Below, piece by piece: positions 1 through 13,737 of a DNA stretch of 64,000 nucleotides; within the stretch, counting starts at the first letter, position 1, and the number at the start of each line of letters is the position of its first letter. The notes beneath the pieces were generated by a model. That model saw nothing but the letters and a program-made list of their open reading frames with translations, was not told the origin of the DNA and made no database searches. Source of the DNA: Eledone cirrhosa (taxonomy: Eukaryota); NCBI GenBank assembly GCA_964016885.1, contig OZ024742.1:85622001-85686000 (forward strand). Direction: 5' to 3'. Made by a program: the position numbers and the translations under genes.

Positions 1-159
1 TCCCTCAAATATCACCTTCTTCCAACCCTTTGGACACTCATTTGGATACTCAATCATAATTTTCTCACCCTCAATACATGTAATATCACCACTATCCAGG
101 AAACTCCAACCGTTAAGGTTGTCTTTTTTGAGGGTATATCAATATTTATTTATAGAACA

Positions 160-275
160 AATCTGTATTGTATTTTATGTGATGAAAGCGCACCATAATT
201 TGCCTTGGTGGCCCTTGAAATATGTATAATAAAATAAATATGGTTTTATAAATATAGTTTCCATTTGTTAATATA

Positions 276-278
<3 letters not shown>
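160..278 (+). mobile_element. Short HHR-bearing repeat, family A (pLTR-like); degenerate HHR at 173-234
   Basis: TTTTAT-GTGATGA-AAG..CACCA/TGGTG..CTT-GAAA-TATGTA-TA-ATAAAA; homologous to 18718-18960, 33800-33965, 49210-49445, 58310-58460. Confidence 0.6.
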
Positions 279-319
<41 letters not shown>

Positions 320-325
<6 letters not shown>

Positions 326-530
326 GTGCGTTTTTTTTACAAAATGAAAAATAACCGAGGTGTCCTACACGAGTGAAAGTATAAAGAAAAAAAAATAAAA
401 TCTAAAATGCAACTGGAGTCTTATTTTTTAAAAAAATATATATTTATTTGGTTCCTTTACCTATTTCACAGTTCTTCTGCTTTTCAAAAGTAGAGTTGAG
501 ATGGAGGGTCTGTGGTTTTTCTCACTTTTT
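320..530 (-). mobile_element. Short repeat family B (pLTR-like) with degenerate U3-A8 HHR at 454-491
   Basis: Clear homology to 35245-35453 and 62621-62942; flanked by (TA)n. Confidence 0.7.
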
Positions 531-755
531 TAATACTATATATATATATATATATATACACATACATGCATACATATATATCTCTTGTTGAATATATATA
601 TATATTGAGTATATGTTGGTTGGTCACCGACACCTCAGTATGCAGATTGGAGCACTCGACGAAGTACGCAGCTTGGTTTGTTTACTCCGTAGTAATGTAA
701 AATAATTAAGTCAAATATGTAAAATTTGGCTTCGTTTATTATAAATTATAGATAT

Positions 756-810
756 ACTGCTATATATATTTCGTTGACATACATCATTGGCTGTGACCTC
801 TTCAGGCAGT
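756..810 (-). ncRNA. Type I hammerhead ribozyme motif
   Basis: Minus strand ACTGC-CTGAAGA-stem II (imperfect)-GAAA-TATATA-TA-GCAGT; canonical core, palindromic stem III. Confidence 0.7.
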
Positions 811-1032
811 CCGAATTGGTGTGGGAAAGACAGGTACACATGTTGTTGAAGTGTGTTTTACCCAATCAATACATGGATATGTCTATCTCCATGGTTGTGT
901 TGTTATTTCTCTGAGGAACTGGAATCATATCAGAGAAATAACAACACAACCAAGAGCTGGACTTATCGATGAATTGACGGAGTAAAACACACTTCAATAA
1001 CATGTGTACCTGTCTTTCCCACACCGACTCGG

Positions 1033-1077
1033 ACTGCCTGAAGAGGTCACAGCTGTCACCGAAATATATATGGCAGT
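1033..1077 (+). ncRNA. Type I hammerhead motif, cleavage position mutated to G
   Basis: ACTGC-CTGAAGA-GGTCACAGCTGTCACC-GAAA-TATATA-TG-GCAGT. Confidence 0.65.
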
Positions 1078-1130
1078 ATATCTATAATGTATAATAAACG
1101 AAGCCAAATTTTACATATTTGAATTAATTA

Positions 1131-1206
<76 letters not shown>

Positions 1207-4059
1207 ATTAAGTATAATCGGTACTTTTGTTAACATGAATTTCAAACATGGAAAAACACAAGAATAACATATCTCCGTATATTCAATATATTTGCTTGTA
1301 AAATCTGCGTAATAATGTTCGGAACTGTTTCTTGTAATTTCTTGTAATTTATTTGACAAAGGTGTGTAATGGTAGTAAGAACATTTTGTTTATCATATGA
1401 AGCACGCTTTTTGGGGGAATGGAAATATGCTGTAGATAATAATTTTATGTTTTATGTTTAAAATTTAAAAAAAATGAACAATAAATTATGATGGTTTACT
1501 TGGCATTTAATATCATTCGGTGATGATATTTTATGAAAGTGTACGTAAAATATATAAATTATAATTTGCCACAATTTTGCTAAATATGTCCCTGTTCTCA
1601 ATATGTGTTGTTATGAACATTTTGCTCTTTTGTTGAAGCGAATATTAGGTAAAATTACTCCCGTATCCCTAAAATAGCCTCATAAACAAATATTAATAAC
1701 TTTCTGGAGAGGAACGCTCTAGATTACACACGATGAGTTAAACCGGTAATAAATATTATATGGAATATATTTTCCCACGATTCGTATAGATCATATCCAA
1801 GAATTTGAAGGAATCCTCTACACACATTATATACATGTGTGCATTGGTATTTAGCTTTTCATTATCATGTCCAAAGCCACTATTTAGAAAGAACAGACAT
1901 ATGATCTAACCTCATATACCCCTGACATCTAAATATATCTATGTGTTTGTTCAACTCATACCGAAGACGTGAGGAGGCCTATAAATGTACGATTTCCAGT
2001 CATAGACATATTGCATTCATTTTAACTATACTGTATTCAGAAATATATTTGCTTGGATGTCCCATACGTCATTTAAATACGGGTAAATTGCTTTCCAATG
2101 ACTGTTGTCTACGATTAGTAGTAAATTCTTGAACTGTTTCATTCGCTATTACAAGCAAAACATAGAGAAACGCATTTCTGTTAAGATAGATGATAATTCA
2201 TAATCTTTGCGAAATATTTATAACAAATAATGTTATTCGATGGGCAATATATATATTTAATCTTTATTAATGATATTATTTCATTCAGCTCTCCAACATG
2301 CATTACATGTTAAAATCCCATGACAGTCGATGTTTTATTATATTTCTCCAACATATATTACATGAGTGACTTCGGAAAATTATTGCATCAAAGTTAGTCA
2401 AAATGAATCAATATTAGTATTGAAGTATAAACACACAGTCGCTCGTTAGATAACTAGATAACTCGCTGATTTATTGATAAGCATATCCAAGGATTTATAT
2501 AGATATTTCTTGAACAAAATTCCTATCGATTAACACCTTTGAAAAATGCAGAACTGGCTCTAGAGTTTTTCGTCTGGCTCAATGAAACAGGTGTAGCGTA
2601 TCTAAGTACTTAAGTAAACATGTTACGTAAACCGAGTCATTAAAACTCACATACACTGCTACAACATATATTTAACATTGCTTCAATAATATATAATAAA
2701 ACATTAAAATGTCCTTTGTTAAACATTTATGGTCTGATCGTATATCCTATATTTACCTATTCCTGTTGGACGTGTCTGCATAGATTTAATATCCCGGTGG
2801 TAAAATATTATTTACGCTCTGTAGTTTTCCTTTTATTTATTATTATATATACTTTTCTCTTTTATATTTAGATTTTTTGCTGTGCGGAAACATGTCCAAT
2901 GATTTGCCAATATGTTGGGATAAGAAAGATTGATGTGTAACCTTGTTGAACCTGCTTTTGGTGGGAAGCAGCTTTGGTTAGGTTTATTCTAACTTTTTAT
3001 GATCTACTTGCGATGTAATATTTTGATGAGAATATTGAGTATAACCGAAAGTATAAAATGTTTTCTGGCGATTAATATCTATTCATATTGAAATTGGGTT
3101 GTTTGGAGTATTAGTATTAATGAGGATGAAGGAGATGAAGAAAATACTTCATGACAGTATAATGTAATGATTTCATATATACTGAATAGACAAACTTTCT
3201 TCTCCTTTCTCTGATGCATAGGGATGAATTGCTTCATGATTAGACCCGGTTGCCAAAGGCGTGGGTGGAGAAATTATATCTAGTCAAATCTGAAACAATA
3301 TTATATTGAGTGACATATAGTGTTATATTACGCAATGACATGTTATAAGGCGATGCGCCTTCAGCATACGTAAGTTGATTCTTCGAAAGACTTGGGGAGG
3401 TATTTTTGTAAAGATTTTGGAATGAGTATATCAAGACGGAAATTTCCTACATTTACGAGAATGTGGCCTGGAGAATCTCATTAAAGCAACAGCAATAAAC
3501 GACAAAAGCAAATAAGCTTACAGACAATTAACGAAAAGACACCAATATGGGCTTTTAAATTTCTCAGAGTTCTATGTTTTACACATTTCAAATGATAACC
3601 AGTGTTCAGGAAATAATATATTCCTGGGCAAGTTTCAACTTTAGTATCAAAATAAATCTGATAGCCGATAAGACCTAATCAACACGTGATGCAAACGATA
3701 ACAACACGTAGTGTACACTAAGCTACGCAGTTGGTTTAATTAGTGAAAATGAATTTATTATGGTAAATTACCAGACGTGTGTTCTATACAATTTTAGGTG
3801 TTATACGTAGATTTTATAAGATTAAAATTGCAATAGCAAACCAAAGAAAATCGACGTATGTGATATATGTACTTACACATATATAAACGAAGGAAATGAT
3901 AGCCTCTGGCTCTAGAATATTTATTGCTCGAAGAAATAGTCAATATAGTCAAATTATATACATATGTATACATATGTATATATATATTGCAAATTTGGAC
4001 GGGAACAAAACAAAGAGGCAGACAAATAAACGTTTATTAGGTTCACACTCTTGAGAGGT

Positions 4060-5701
<1,642 letters not shown>

Positions 5702-6215
5702 CAATATTCTTATCTAAAAGCGGTATTGTGTATATACATTTTGATACACAATCTAGATCTACATTCATTCTGAGCAGAGTATATCTCATCAATTGTTTGA
5801 TACGAACATTATTTAGAAAATATAATTCAAAGAAAGAAGTATGACGACGAGATGCATTTTGTGGCACAGAATATTTAGATGATAATAAATGTAATGTCAA
5901 GAAAAGAAAATAATACAAGGATATATACGAGAAAAATGAGAAAGTGATGTAAATCATACTCAAGCTCCATTATTCATATATATATGTGTGTGTGTGTGTA
6001 TATGCGTGTGTGTGTGTGTGTGTGTATGTGTGTGTGTGTGTGTATGTGTGTGTGTGTGTAATAAAAATGTGGAGGTATTAGATTTTTATCAGATTTATTA
6101 GGGTGTAAAGCGCGTTTCGCGATCAATCAACTGAAGAGACGATCTTTATCAATCGGGCCCGGCTCTGGAATCAAACGCTCGTCGTTCTTATTGGATTTCA
6201 CATTGCATATATAGA

Positions 6216-6552
6216 AATTGATTAACATATAAATAAACATGAGTAATCACAGGAGATTATTTTTAAAAGTGTGTATATATTCCATTAAAGAAATATATTT
6301 CACCAATTAATCGGATGGTAAACCTTGTTGAAAATCCAAATCTCCACGACCGTGGTTTACCTTCCGTTTAATTGGTGAAATATATTTCTTTAATGGAATA
6401 TATACAGGGAAGATTAATCATATTATAAGGTATCTTATTTTGAAGTTCTGGTCAACTTTATTTAGTTACCTACCTTGCTATGTGTGGTTACACACTTGTA
6501 AAAATTATCTCCTGTGATTACTCATGTTTATTTATATGTTAATCAATTTCTA
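6216..6552. repeat. Inverted repeat upstream of Naiad-like PLE (probable inverted pLTR)
   Basis: 6216-6325 pairs with 6353-6403 plus 6489-6552. Confidence 0.65.
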
Positions 6553-6683
6553 GTTATTATAAAATGCTCGGACCTACTCGTTGGAATCTTAGAGCTTATT
6601 TTCCGGGTGATATGGCGCATGTCCTTCTGGCAAGACACCCATAATTTTGATTTAGGTTAAATTCATTTAATTTATCTTAATTT

Positions 6684-6743
<60 letters not shown>

Positions 6744-6748
6744 CCGAT

Positions 6749-9399
6749 ATGTTGATCAAAGATTATATTCCTTTGTCTTTAAAGAACATACCTATCCCAT
6801 CTAAAGATACATTTGAAAAACTACTGATTAATAGTGTCAACTCTTTTATTAAAAGAGTTAAATGGAGAGCTCTCCACTATGATAGAAACCGCGTTGTGAA
6901 AAAAGAGATGCACCTTCGGTTGAAACATACGGCTTAAAAAAAAACATATCAAAGCCCTCCACACAATATCTTACTGGACCCATTTAAAAAAGACTTTTGG
7001 TCACGTGTTAAAAAGATGAAATACAGGAAATACTACAGTAAGAAGAACAACTTTCTAAATAACCTAAATTCCATCAAGTAAAAAAACATTAATAAATATA
7101 GGAATATCTTAGTACTAGCTGATAAAACTAAAATCATATATAGCCTATATTACGATACTTATAGAGAATTTATATATAAAGAACTTTATAGGAACTACAA
7201 AAAACATTTCATAAAAACCTGGATGACCTAAACATTGAAGCCCGTAGTTTAATATGTAAATTACGACTAGATAGATATACTCAACAGTATACCCTTAATC
7301 CCCCACGATTGTCTCTGAGAGACCATAAGGATGACTCAATTCTAACCCCCAATTAGACTTATTTGCCCATCCACATCCGACATTGTTATTATTAGTAAAA
7401 AAATTTAGATAAAGTAATCCGCCAAATTAAACAAAATATACATTTTAACCGCGAGGAAACACTAGTGAAGTAATCGAATGGTTTAATGGTATTAATGAAC
7501 ATATTTGTTTCTACTTTTGGCACAAGGCCAGCAATTATCCCAGTACATTTCTGGTACTTTATTATATCGGCGGGATTTGAACTCATAATGGCAAGGGCTC
7601 AAAGTGATCAAAGCATGCCGTCCGACACTCTACCGATACTGCCAATCCAATCCTTTATGAAGATAATATGAAGAAATTCATCCAATTCGACATAAACTCC
7701 TACTACACCTCTATTTCACATATCCTTTTAAATAAAGCAATAATAATGGCCATGAATAATAGTGAACTCACTAGATCCCAGGTATATATAATCCTTGCGG
7801 CCAGGAAAATAGTAATTAAATTTGAAGACCATCTATGGACTCGCAAGAAAACACCCAACAACTTCGATATCACCATGAGATCTAGCGACTCGGTACAGGT
7901 AACCGACTTAGTTGGCCTCTTTCTCTTAAACGGAATACATAAGAACCTACCTTACCTTTACGGTGGTGTCTATCGAGACAACGCACTTTTCCTCTTAGAC
8001 TTTAACAAATTCAATATAGAAAGAACTAGAAAACAATTACATACATTTTTTAAAAATTATAACTTAGGTATCACTTTAGATAAAAACAACCAAAATGTTA
8101 ACTTCCTAGAAGTTACTCTCTCTCTACTTAGACTCGAAAAAATATACACCTTATCATAAACCTAATGAAAAACATTTCTATGTTAATACCAACTCTAACC
8201 AACCTAAATCTGTATTGACCCCAATCATTAAAGGGGTATCTAATAGAATCTCTAGTCTTTCTTACAACGAGAATACGTTTAAAGGTAACTCCCAATACTA
8301 TGATGAAGCCTTAGCTCGTTCCGGCCATAGAGAAAAAATAAATTTAAACCTAAATCATCAACCACCCATAGACAACGTAATATATCTTCACACAACATGG
8401 CCATGAATAAAATTAAATATGATCATAGTATTGAAAACCCCGACCCCTATACAGAGAGCATAAACAAAAGTTAAATCACACCACAGCAATAATCCTAAGA
8501 AAAACCACAGAAAGAAAAAATATAGATAAGAAGGTACCTAACACTACACTAAACAGTAGTATGAATAACAACCATAAGAAGAATAGAAGAAGAAGTAACA
8601 CATTTTTTAATCCTCCGTTCAAAAATCATACCTGTTCTTCTCTATTCTAGACAAAAACTTCCCAACTAACCATAAATACCACAACCTATTTAACAAAAAT
8701 ACATTTTAAAATCTCCTACTCCACCACACTAACATAGCAGACCATATAGCCAGCACCAACAAGAGAAAGATTAAAAAGTACTTCAGATTACCACAACGAA
8801 ATAATGTCCAGCATAGAAATAACCTGAACGAAAAGGCAGTACAGGACCATACAGCAAGTCATACTAATAATACCAATAATAATAATACTTACCATAATCA
8901 TAATACTAGAAGTAGAAACAGAAACAACCACTCAAATGCATACTCCCTTAACCAGTATACTAGTTACCAAAACAATTGTAATTGTAGACCTAACAAGACA
9001 TGCCCATTAAATAAGAACTGCCTTATTAAAGACATTATCTACTCCGGTACTGTAACCGCACATCTCGAAAGTATATATAGGCTCAACATCGAATAGATTT
9101 AAGACCAGATATAATTAACACCTTCGTTCGTTCATGAATCCTAAACTTAGCAACGTAACCTCACTATCCACATACATACACTCATTAAAATCAAGTAATA
9201 TACCATACACCTTAAAATGGGAACTGAAAGCAAAGGCTCCTTCATATAGACTACCTAACGCATTTTGTAACCTTTGCATCCTCTAGTCTAGAAATATTAT
9301 TCACTCTAATCTTAGCCTACTAAATAGCAAATCAAAGATTTCTGCACGGGTCCACATTACCATAGATTCTCTTTCCACTACTTCAAACCTAGTAACTGA
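6749..9399 (+). pseudogene. Decayed full-length Penelope-like (Naiad-like) ORF: RT + GIY-YIG endonuclease
   Basis: SLKNIPIPS N-terminus, ADKT, FIQFDINSYYTSI, GGVYRDN, NFLEVTL, CNCRPNKTCPLNKNCL, YIG, CNLCI; many stops and frameshifts; interrupted by a SINE. Confidence 0.9.
7500..7655 (-). mobile_element. tRNA-derived SINE inserted in the PLE RT
   Basis: Homologous to 24225-24412; flanked by TTAATGAA/TTTATGAA candidate TSD. Confidence 0.8.
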
Positions 9400-9742
9400 C
9401 AATAATAGTAATAAATATAAAACCCAATGTCGGAGATAACACTAGACATTAGATAACACCTTTTAATTTATCCAATTAGATCTTCATAAATACAGGACGA
9501 CACCTTATTTAAAAGACCACACTAACCTATATACTGTCAATAAACCCCTTGTTTGATCTCTTACCTCATACAATTAAAATAATTCTATCATATAGGCACT
9601 CTAACATACTCTCAAGCCAGCTAAGTAACAGACAACTGTGTATATAACACCAATTACTCCAGTATATATTATGCAACTCATTATGCTGTCATAAAAAAAT
9701 GTCAACTCTCTCTGCACAATATGTGTATATATATATCAAGAT

Positions 9743-10135
9743 AAGCAGAACAAGTAAAATTCAACCAATTTTTCAAAATAAATCAAAATTAATTTACAAT
9801 TAAAATTAATCAAAATTAAAAAAATATTTACCTATTCAAATGGCCCTTACTGTACAGTTTCATTTTGCAAAACATTAGATATCACATGGATATTAATCAG
9901 AGAAGCATTTTCATTTCCTCGGGTTAAAAACCTCAGGAACTATAAAATATATGACCTCGTCTCCAACTGACACAGGTCTGAAAGGTCGTAAAAGTGACCC
10001 GTATGTACGCTGGGGTGAAGTGAAGGCGGGAAATCGTAGACTTGTTGTCTATTATTTTTTAATTTTGATTAATTTTAATTGTAAATTAATTTTGATTTAT
10101 TTTGAAAAATTGGTTGAATTTTACTTGTTCTGCTT
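9743..10135. repeat. Inverted repeat (about 83-bp arms) enclosing a degenerate HHR-like motif at 9972-10045
   Basis: 9743-9825 pairs with 10052-10135; ACAGGTC...GAAATCGTA-GACTTGT inside. Confidence 0.65.
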
Positions 10136-10242
10136 AACTTGATATTAATTTCTGGTATATCAAATTATTACCATAGAATCACCTTGAATCATAGACAACC
10201 TATGTATATCTGTGGGTACCTTGTACCCTCAGATATATTAAC

Positions 10243-10289
<47 letters not shown>

Positions 10290-10699
10290 GTTCTCACACA
10301 TATGTATATACCTTATATTATATATACATATACTATCTATATAAAAACTATTTAGTTATAATAAAATAATTTAAAACATCTGTCTGACTCCCTCAACACA
10401 AGTTTAACAGATAACAATTATATAACCAATAATATTTTATATACTCTATAAAGATTAATTGATAACACTACTACAATAATAATAAAGCAACCCTTAAGTT
10501 ATCAACAACCTTAATTACCTCCCTCTGTTATAAACCCCCTTTATAACTTCCTGTCTAAACTCATAAAATTAAGCATCCTAACGGGTTACCAACAGCTTAA
10601 TAACGGTTAAGACAAACCCTAGAACATTTGTAGATAAAAAATGCATAAGATAATATACCCACAATAACAACATGGCCAGTAATTCAGTGGAATCTACAT

Positions 10700-11190
10700 T
10701 TAACAAACAAACACCCATTGACTATAAATGACTCAAAATAATCCTATGGTTAATAGCTGTGAGTTACAAACAACATATACACATACATACGAACTACAAC
10801 ACTTAAACCCTTGAATGAAAATCACATATCCAACTCTATCACGTGCTTTACATTACACCTCACATAACAAATACCTACATTATTACCACCACCTCTTTAA
10901 CAAATTGCACGCCATCTTAAACATTTCTAACATGCTTTAACACCCCACACAAAATATGTTTATCACTGCATTATAACTCTTCCCTCATACGTGCCTTATT
11001 GATTGTATTGACTCTACTTTTTTATTATACCTCTTACATGTTCAACCAGTGCTGCCTGTAATTGTGTTCTCTCAAGCATAACATCCTTTTAACTCCTGAC
11101 TCCCCACATGCTGCCATTGACACTAAAAAAAAATATGTACCCTAAATGTTATGAACGACTAGTATTTTAGTCACATGTTTCGACATTCCC
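10700..11190 (+). pseudogene. Possible highly decayed PLE endonuclease C-terminus
   Basis: Fragments such as LCSLKHNILL..KKNMYPKC loosely resemble CxLCxxEK..LNKRSE..SKC; followed by an HHR motif. Confidence 0.3.
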
Positions 11191-11192
11191 TA

Positions 11193-11238
11193 TGTTCCGA
11201 TGATCTAGACTTCCCTCTGGAAGAAACAACTGTCAGTA
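11193..11238 (+). ncRNA. Hammerhead motif with C4 core variant
   Basis: TGTT-CCGATGA-TCTAGA-CTTCCC-TCTGGA-A-GAAA-CAACTG-TC-AGTA; stem I weak. Confidence 0.55.
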
Positions 11239-11366
11239 AATAAATGTTTTAAACTAAAATTTGATCGTTTTAACACTTTGTATATATATATATATATACT
11301 CAGTCGTTAATATGCATAAGGAAAGTATATACTTTCAAACGTTCAATCAACTGACAGGAAGGTATA

Positions 11367-11407
11367 CGGTGCTGATGACAGCTAATACGCTAGAAACTAG
11401 TTCATCG
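11367..11407 (+). ncRNA. Minimal type I hammerhead ribozyme (family D, element about 11298-11530)
   Basis: CGGTG-CTGATGA-CAGC-TAATAC-GCTA-GAAA-CTAG-TT-CATCG; flanks homologous to 24005-24222. Confidence 0.75.
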
Positions 11408-11661
11408 ATCGTTTGTCAGTGTTGAGCAAAAGAGCAACGATGGTTGCTGAACACTGTACGGCTAATAATTCGGGCCGTTTGTTTACAAACAAACCGAGCA
11501 TTTTAATAAATGTTCGGTAAACCCATACGTAAATATATATATTTGTGCATGTATGTGTATATATATATATATATGTATATATACACGTATATATGTATAC
11601 TATATACACATATATACATATATACACACATATACACATATATATACATATATATTTATAC

Positions 11662-11918
<257 letters not shown>

Positions 11919-13589
11919 TATATATACATATATTATTTTCAGTGAGATGTAGATGCACATTACCATATAAAAGATAGAATACATTAGTTTAAAATCTTTA
12001 TTTGCATATAGTGCGAGCTTGGCTGGTTATATTCGATTGGTGGTGTAGTGGTGGCACTAATGTAGTTATTGTGGATAATAGAGGAACAAATGAAATCGTA
12101 TGTAAAAATATGTAACCACTTTCTGTACAATAAACATCTGCATAGCCCCCTGCCGATGAAAAGTATGGTTCTTAACAAAACGAAACGCAAACAAATATTA
12201 TTTATTCTGTTTTCCTCCATGAATATATCCATGAGTTACCAGTTTGTTTTCAGAATATCAGGCAGCGCTGTTTTACGATTTGTTAATCTTTCATAAGTGA
12301 CCTTCATTCAAGGCTTACTGAATTTTGTGGGATGTTCACTTGCTGGAAATGATCATTCGGGTTAATATTTTCTAATACAATACAACATCAACATTATTCG
12401 CTTCTTTATCAAAGCGTTGAGCAATTGCTGTTTACGTGCAGATTAAAATGACTGATTATATCAGAAAACACTGTAAAGCATCGTCTGTAACTTTAAATCT
12501 GTAACCTGTTTATTTCATACTCAATATAGTATTTAATAGAAACTGTATACATTTCCTCTTATATGCCTAGAGATAATCGAGTCTTTGATGAAATGTAATC
12601 AGAGCCACCATTTCGTTTGCTTAATTTCGAACACATATGTATGTATATTTCTTAATGTATCAACATTGAATAAGAATTAAATATTGCTATAAAGTAGAAC
12701 ACAAAACTTCATAGTACAGAACATATATAATATGTTTTGTTTATACTCATAAAATATTATTATCAAATTCAGGATGTAGTTTTTGCATGAAATTCTTCAA
12801 AATATTGAAGATGGACATTTGCTAAAAATAAATGATATAATTATGTTAATTATAAAAAAAGAGACATGTAATTCGTATTTGTTATCCGAAATATTAGAAA
12901 CTTGGGAGAACTTGTCGCCAATGAATAATTTAAAATTACCATTCTAAATATTTATCTGAATTACTCAAGTGAAACAGATTGAACATCAATGTATATCTCG
13001 TTTAAACAAATAATTTATCTTCAAACGTATGTCATGACCATTTTTGTTGGAGAAAATTAATTTCTGAATTTCCTTAGTTCACATTTAATTTCTAAGTTCA
13101 AATTCCGCAAAGCATTTGACATATTTCAAGTGCCGATAAGATATTGTACCAAATAAAATATGTTGATGTATTCACTGTAGTGTAAACCACCTTATGTGTG
13201 CTATAAGGCTAATTATAGAAATCAATATTTCGAAAGTCTATTTTATAGACGTATACACTAGTGTCAGCACAGTTGTCTAATCAATGTATATATAAATGGA
13301 AATTGATATAGGATTAATTTACGAAATGATGTGCATGAAGAATTAGAAATATAGGAGTAAGTATTATACTAATTGTACCAGCATTCAAGAGAACGATACG
13401 AAAATCCTATAAATTGATGCTTTATATACATGTAACGTATCTTAACTCCCGAGGGCTTCGCAGAGACACCACCGTATAGATATACAGCGCTTCTAGGGCA
13501 TTTATACACCAGGTCTGACTACAGCAGACTTCTTCCAGAGAAGGATAGAGCGTGAGGGAATGGAAATGGGAAAGATATATAGAGGAGGA

Positions 13590-13737
13590 ATCAACCTCAG
13601 TACTTCACTGTTACTATTTTATCGAGCTCGAATGGATGAAAGACTCAGTTGTTCTCAGCGAGAATTGAACTAAAAGAACAGAGAGCCAAAACGAATACCG
13701 CAAATAATTCCAACGGCTCTGCTAATTCGCCGCCTTA
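13590..13737 (-). mobile_element. Decayed tRNA-derived SINE
   Basis: Reverse complement begins AAGGCGGCGAATTAGCAGAG and has a GTTCAATTC B-box-like motif and a CGATAAAATAG motif. Confidence 0.55.

Larger units (their letters stand above)
604..1132. mobile_element. Fold-back element, family C: inverted arms 701-914 / 930-1132, each containing an HHR
   Basis: About 200-bp inverted repeat readable directly; 604-700 and the arm are homologous to 61165-61750; flanked by (TA)n. Confidence 0.8.

Noticed and set aside
6126-6195. HHR-like CAA-CTGAAGA-GACGA...TCGTC
   Set aside because: GAAA and stem III are absent; at most a relic
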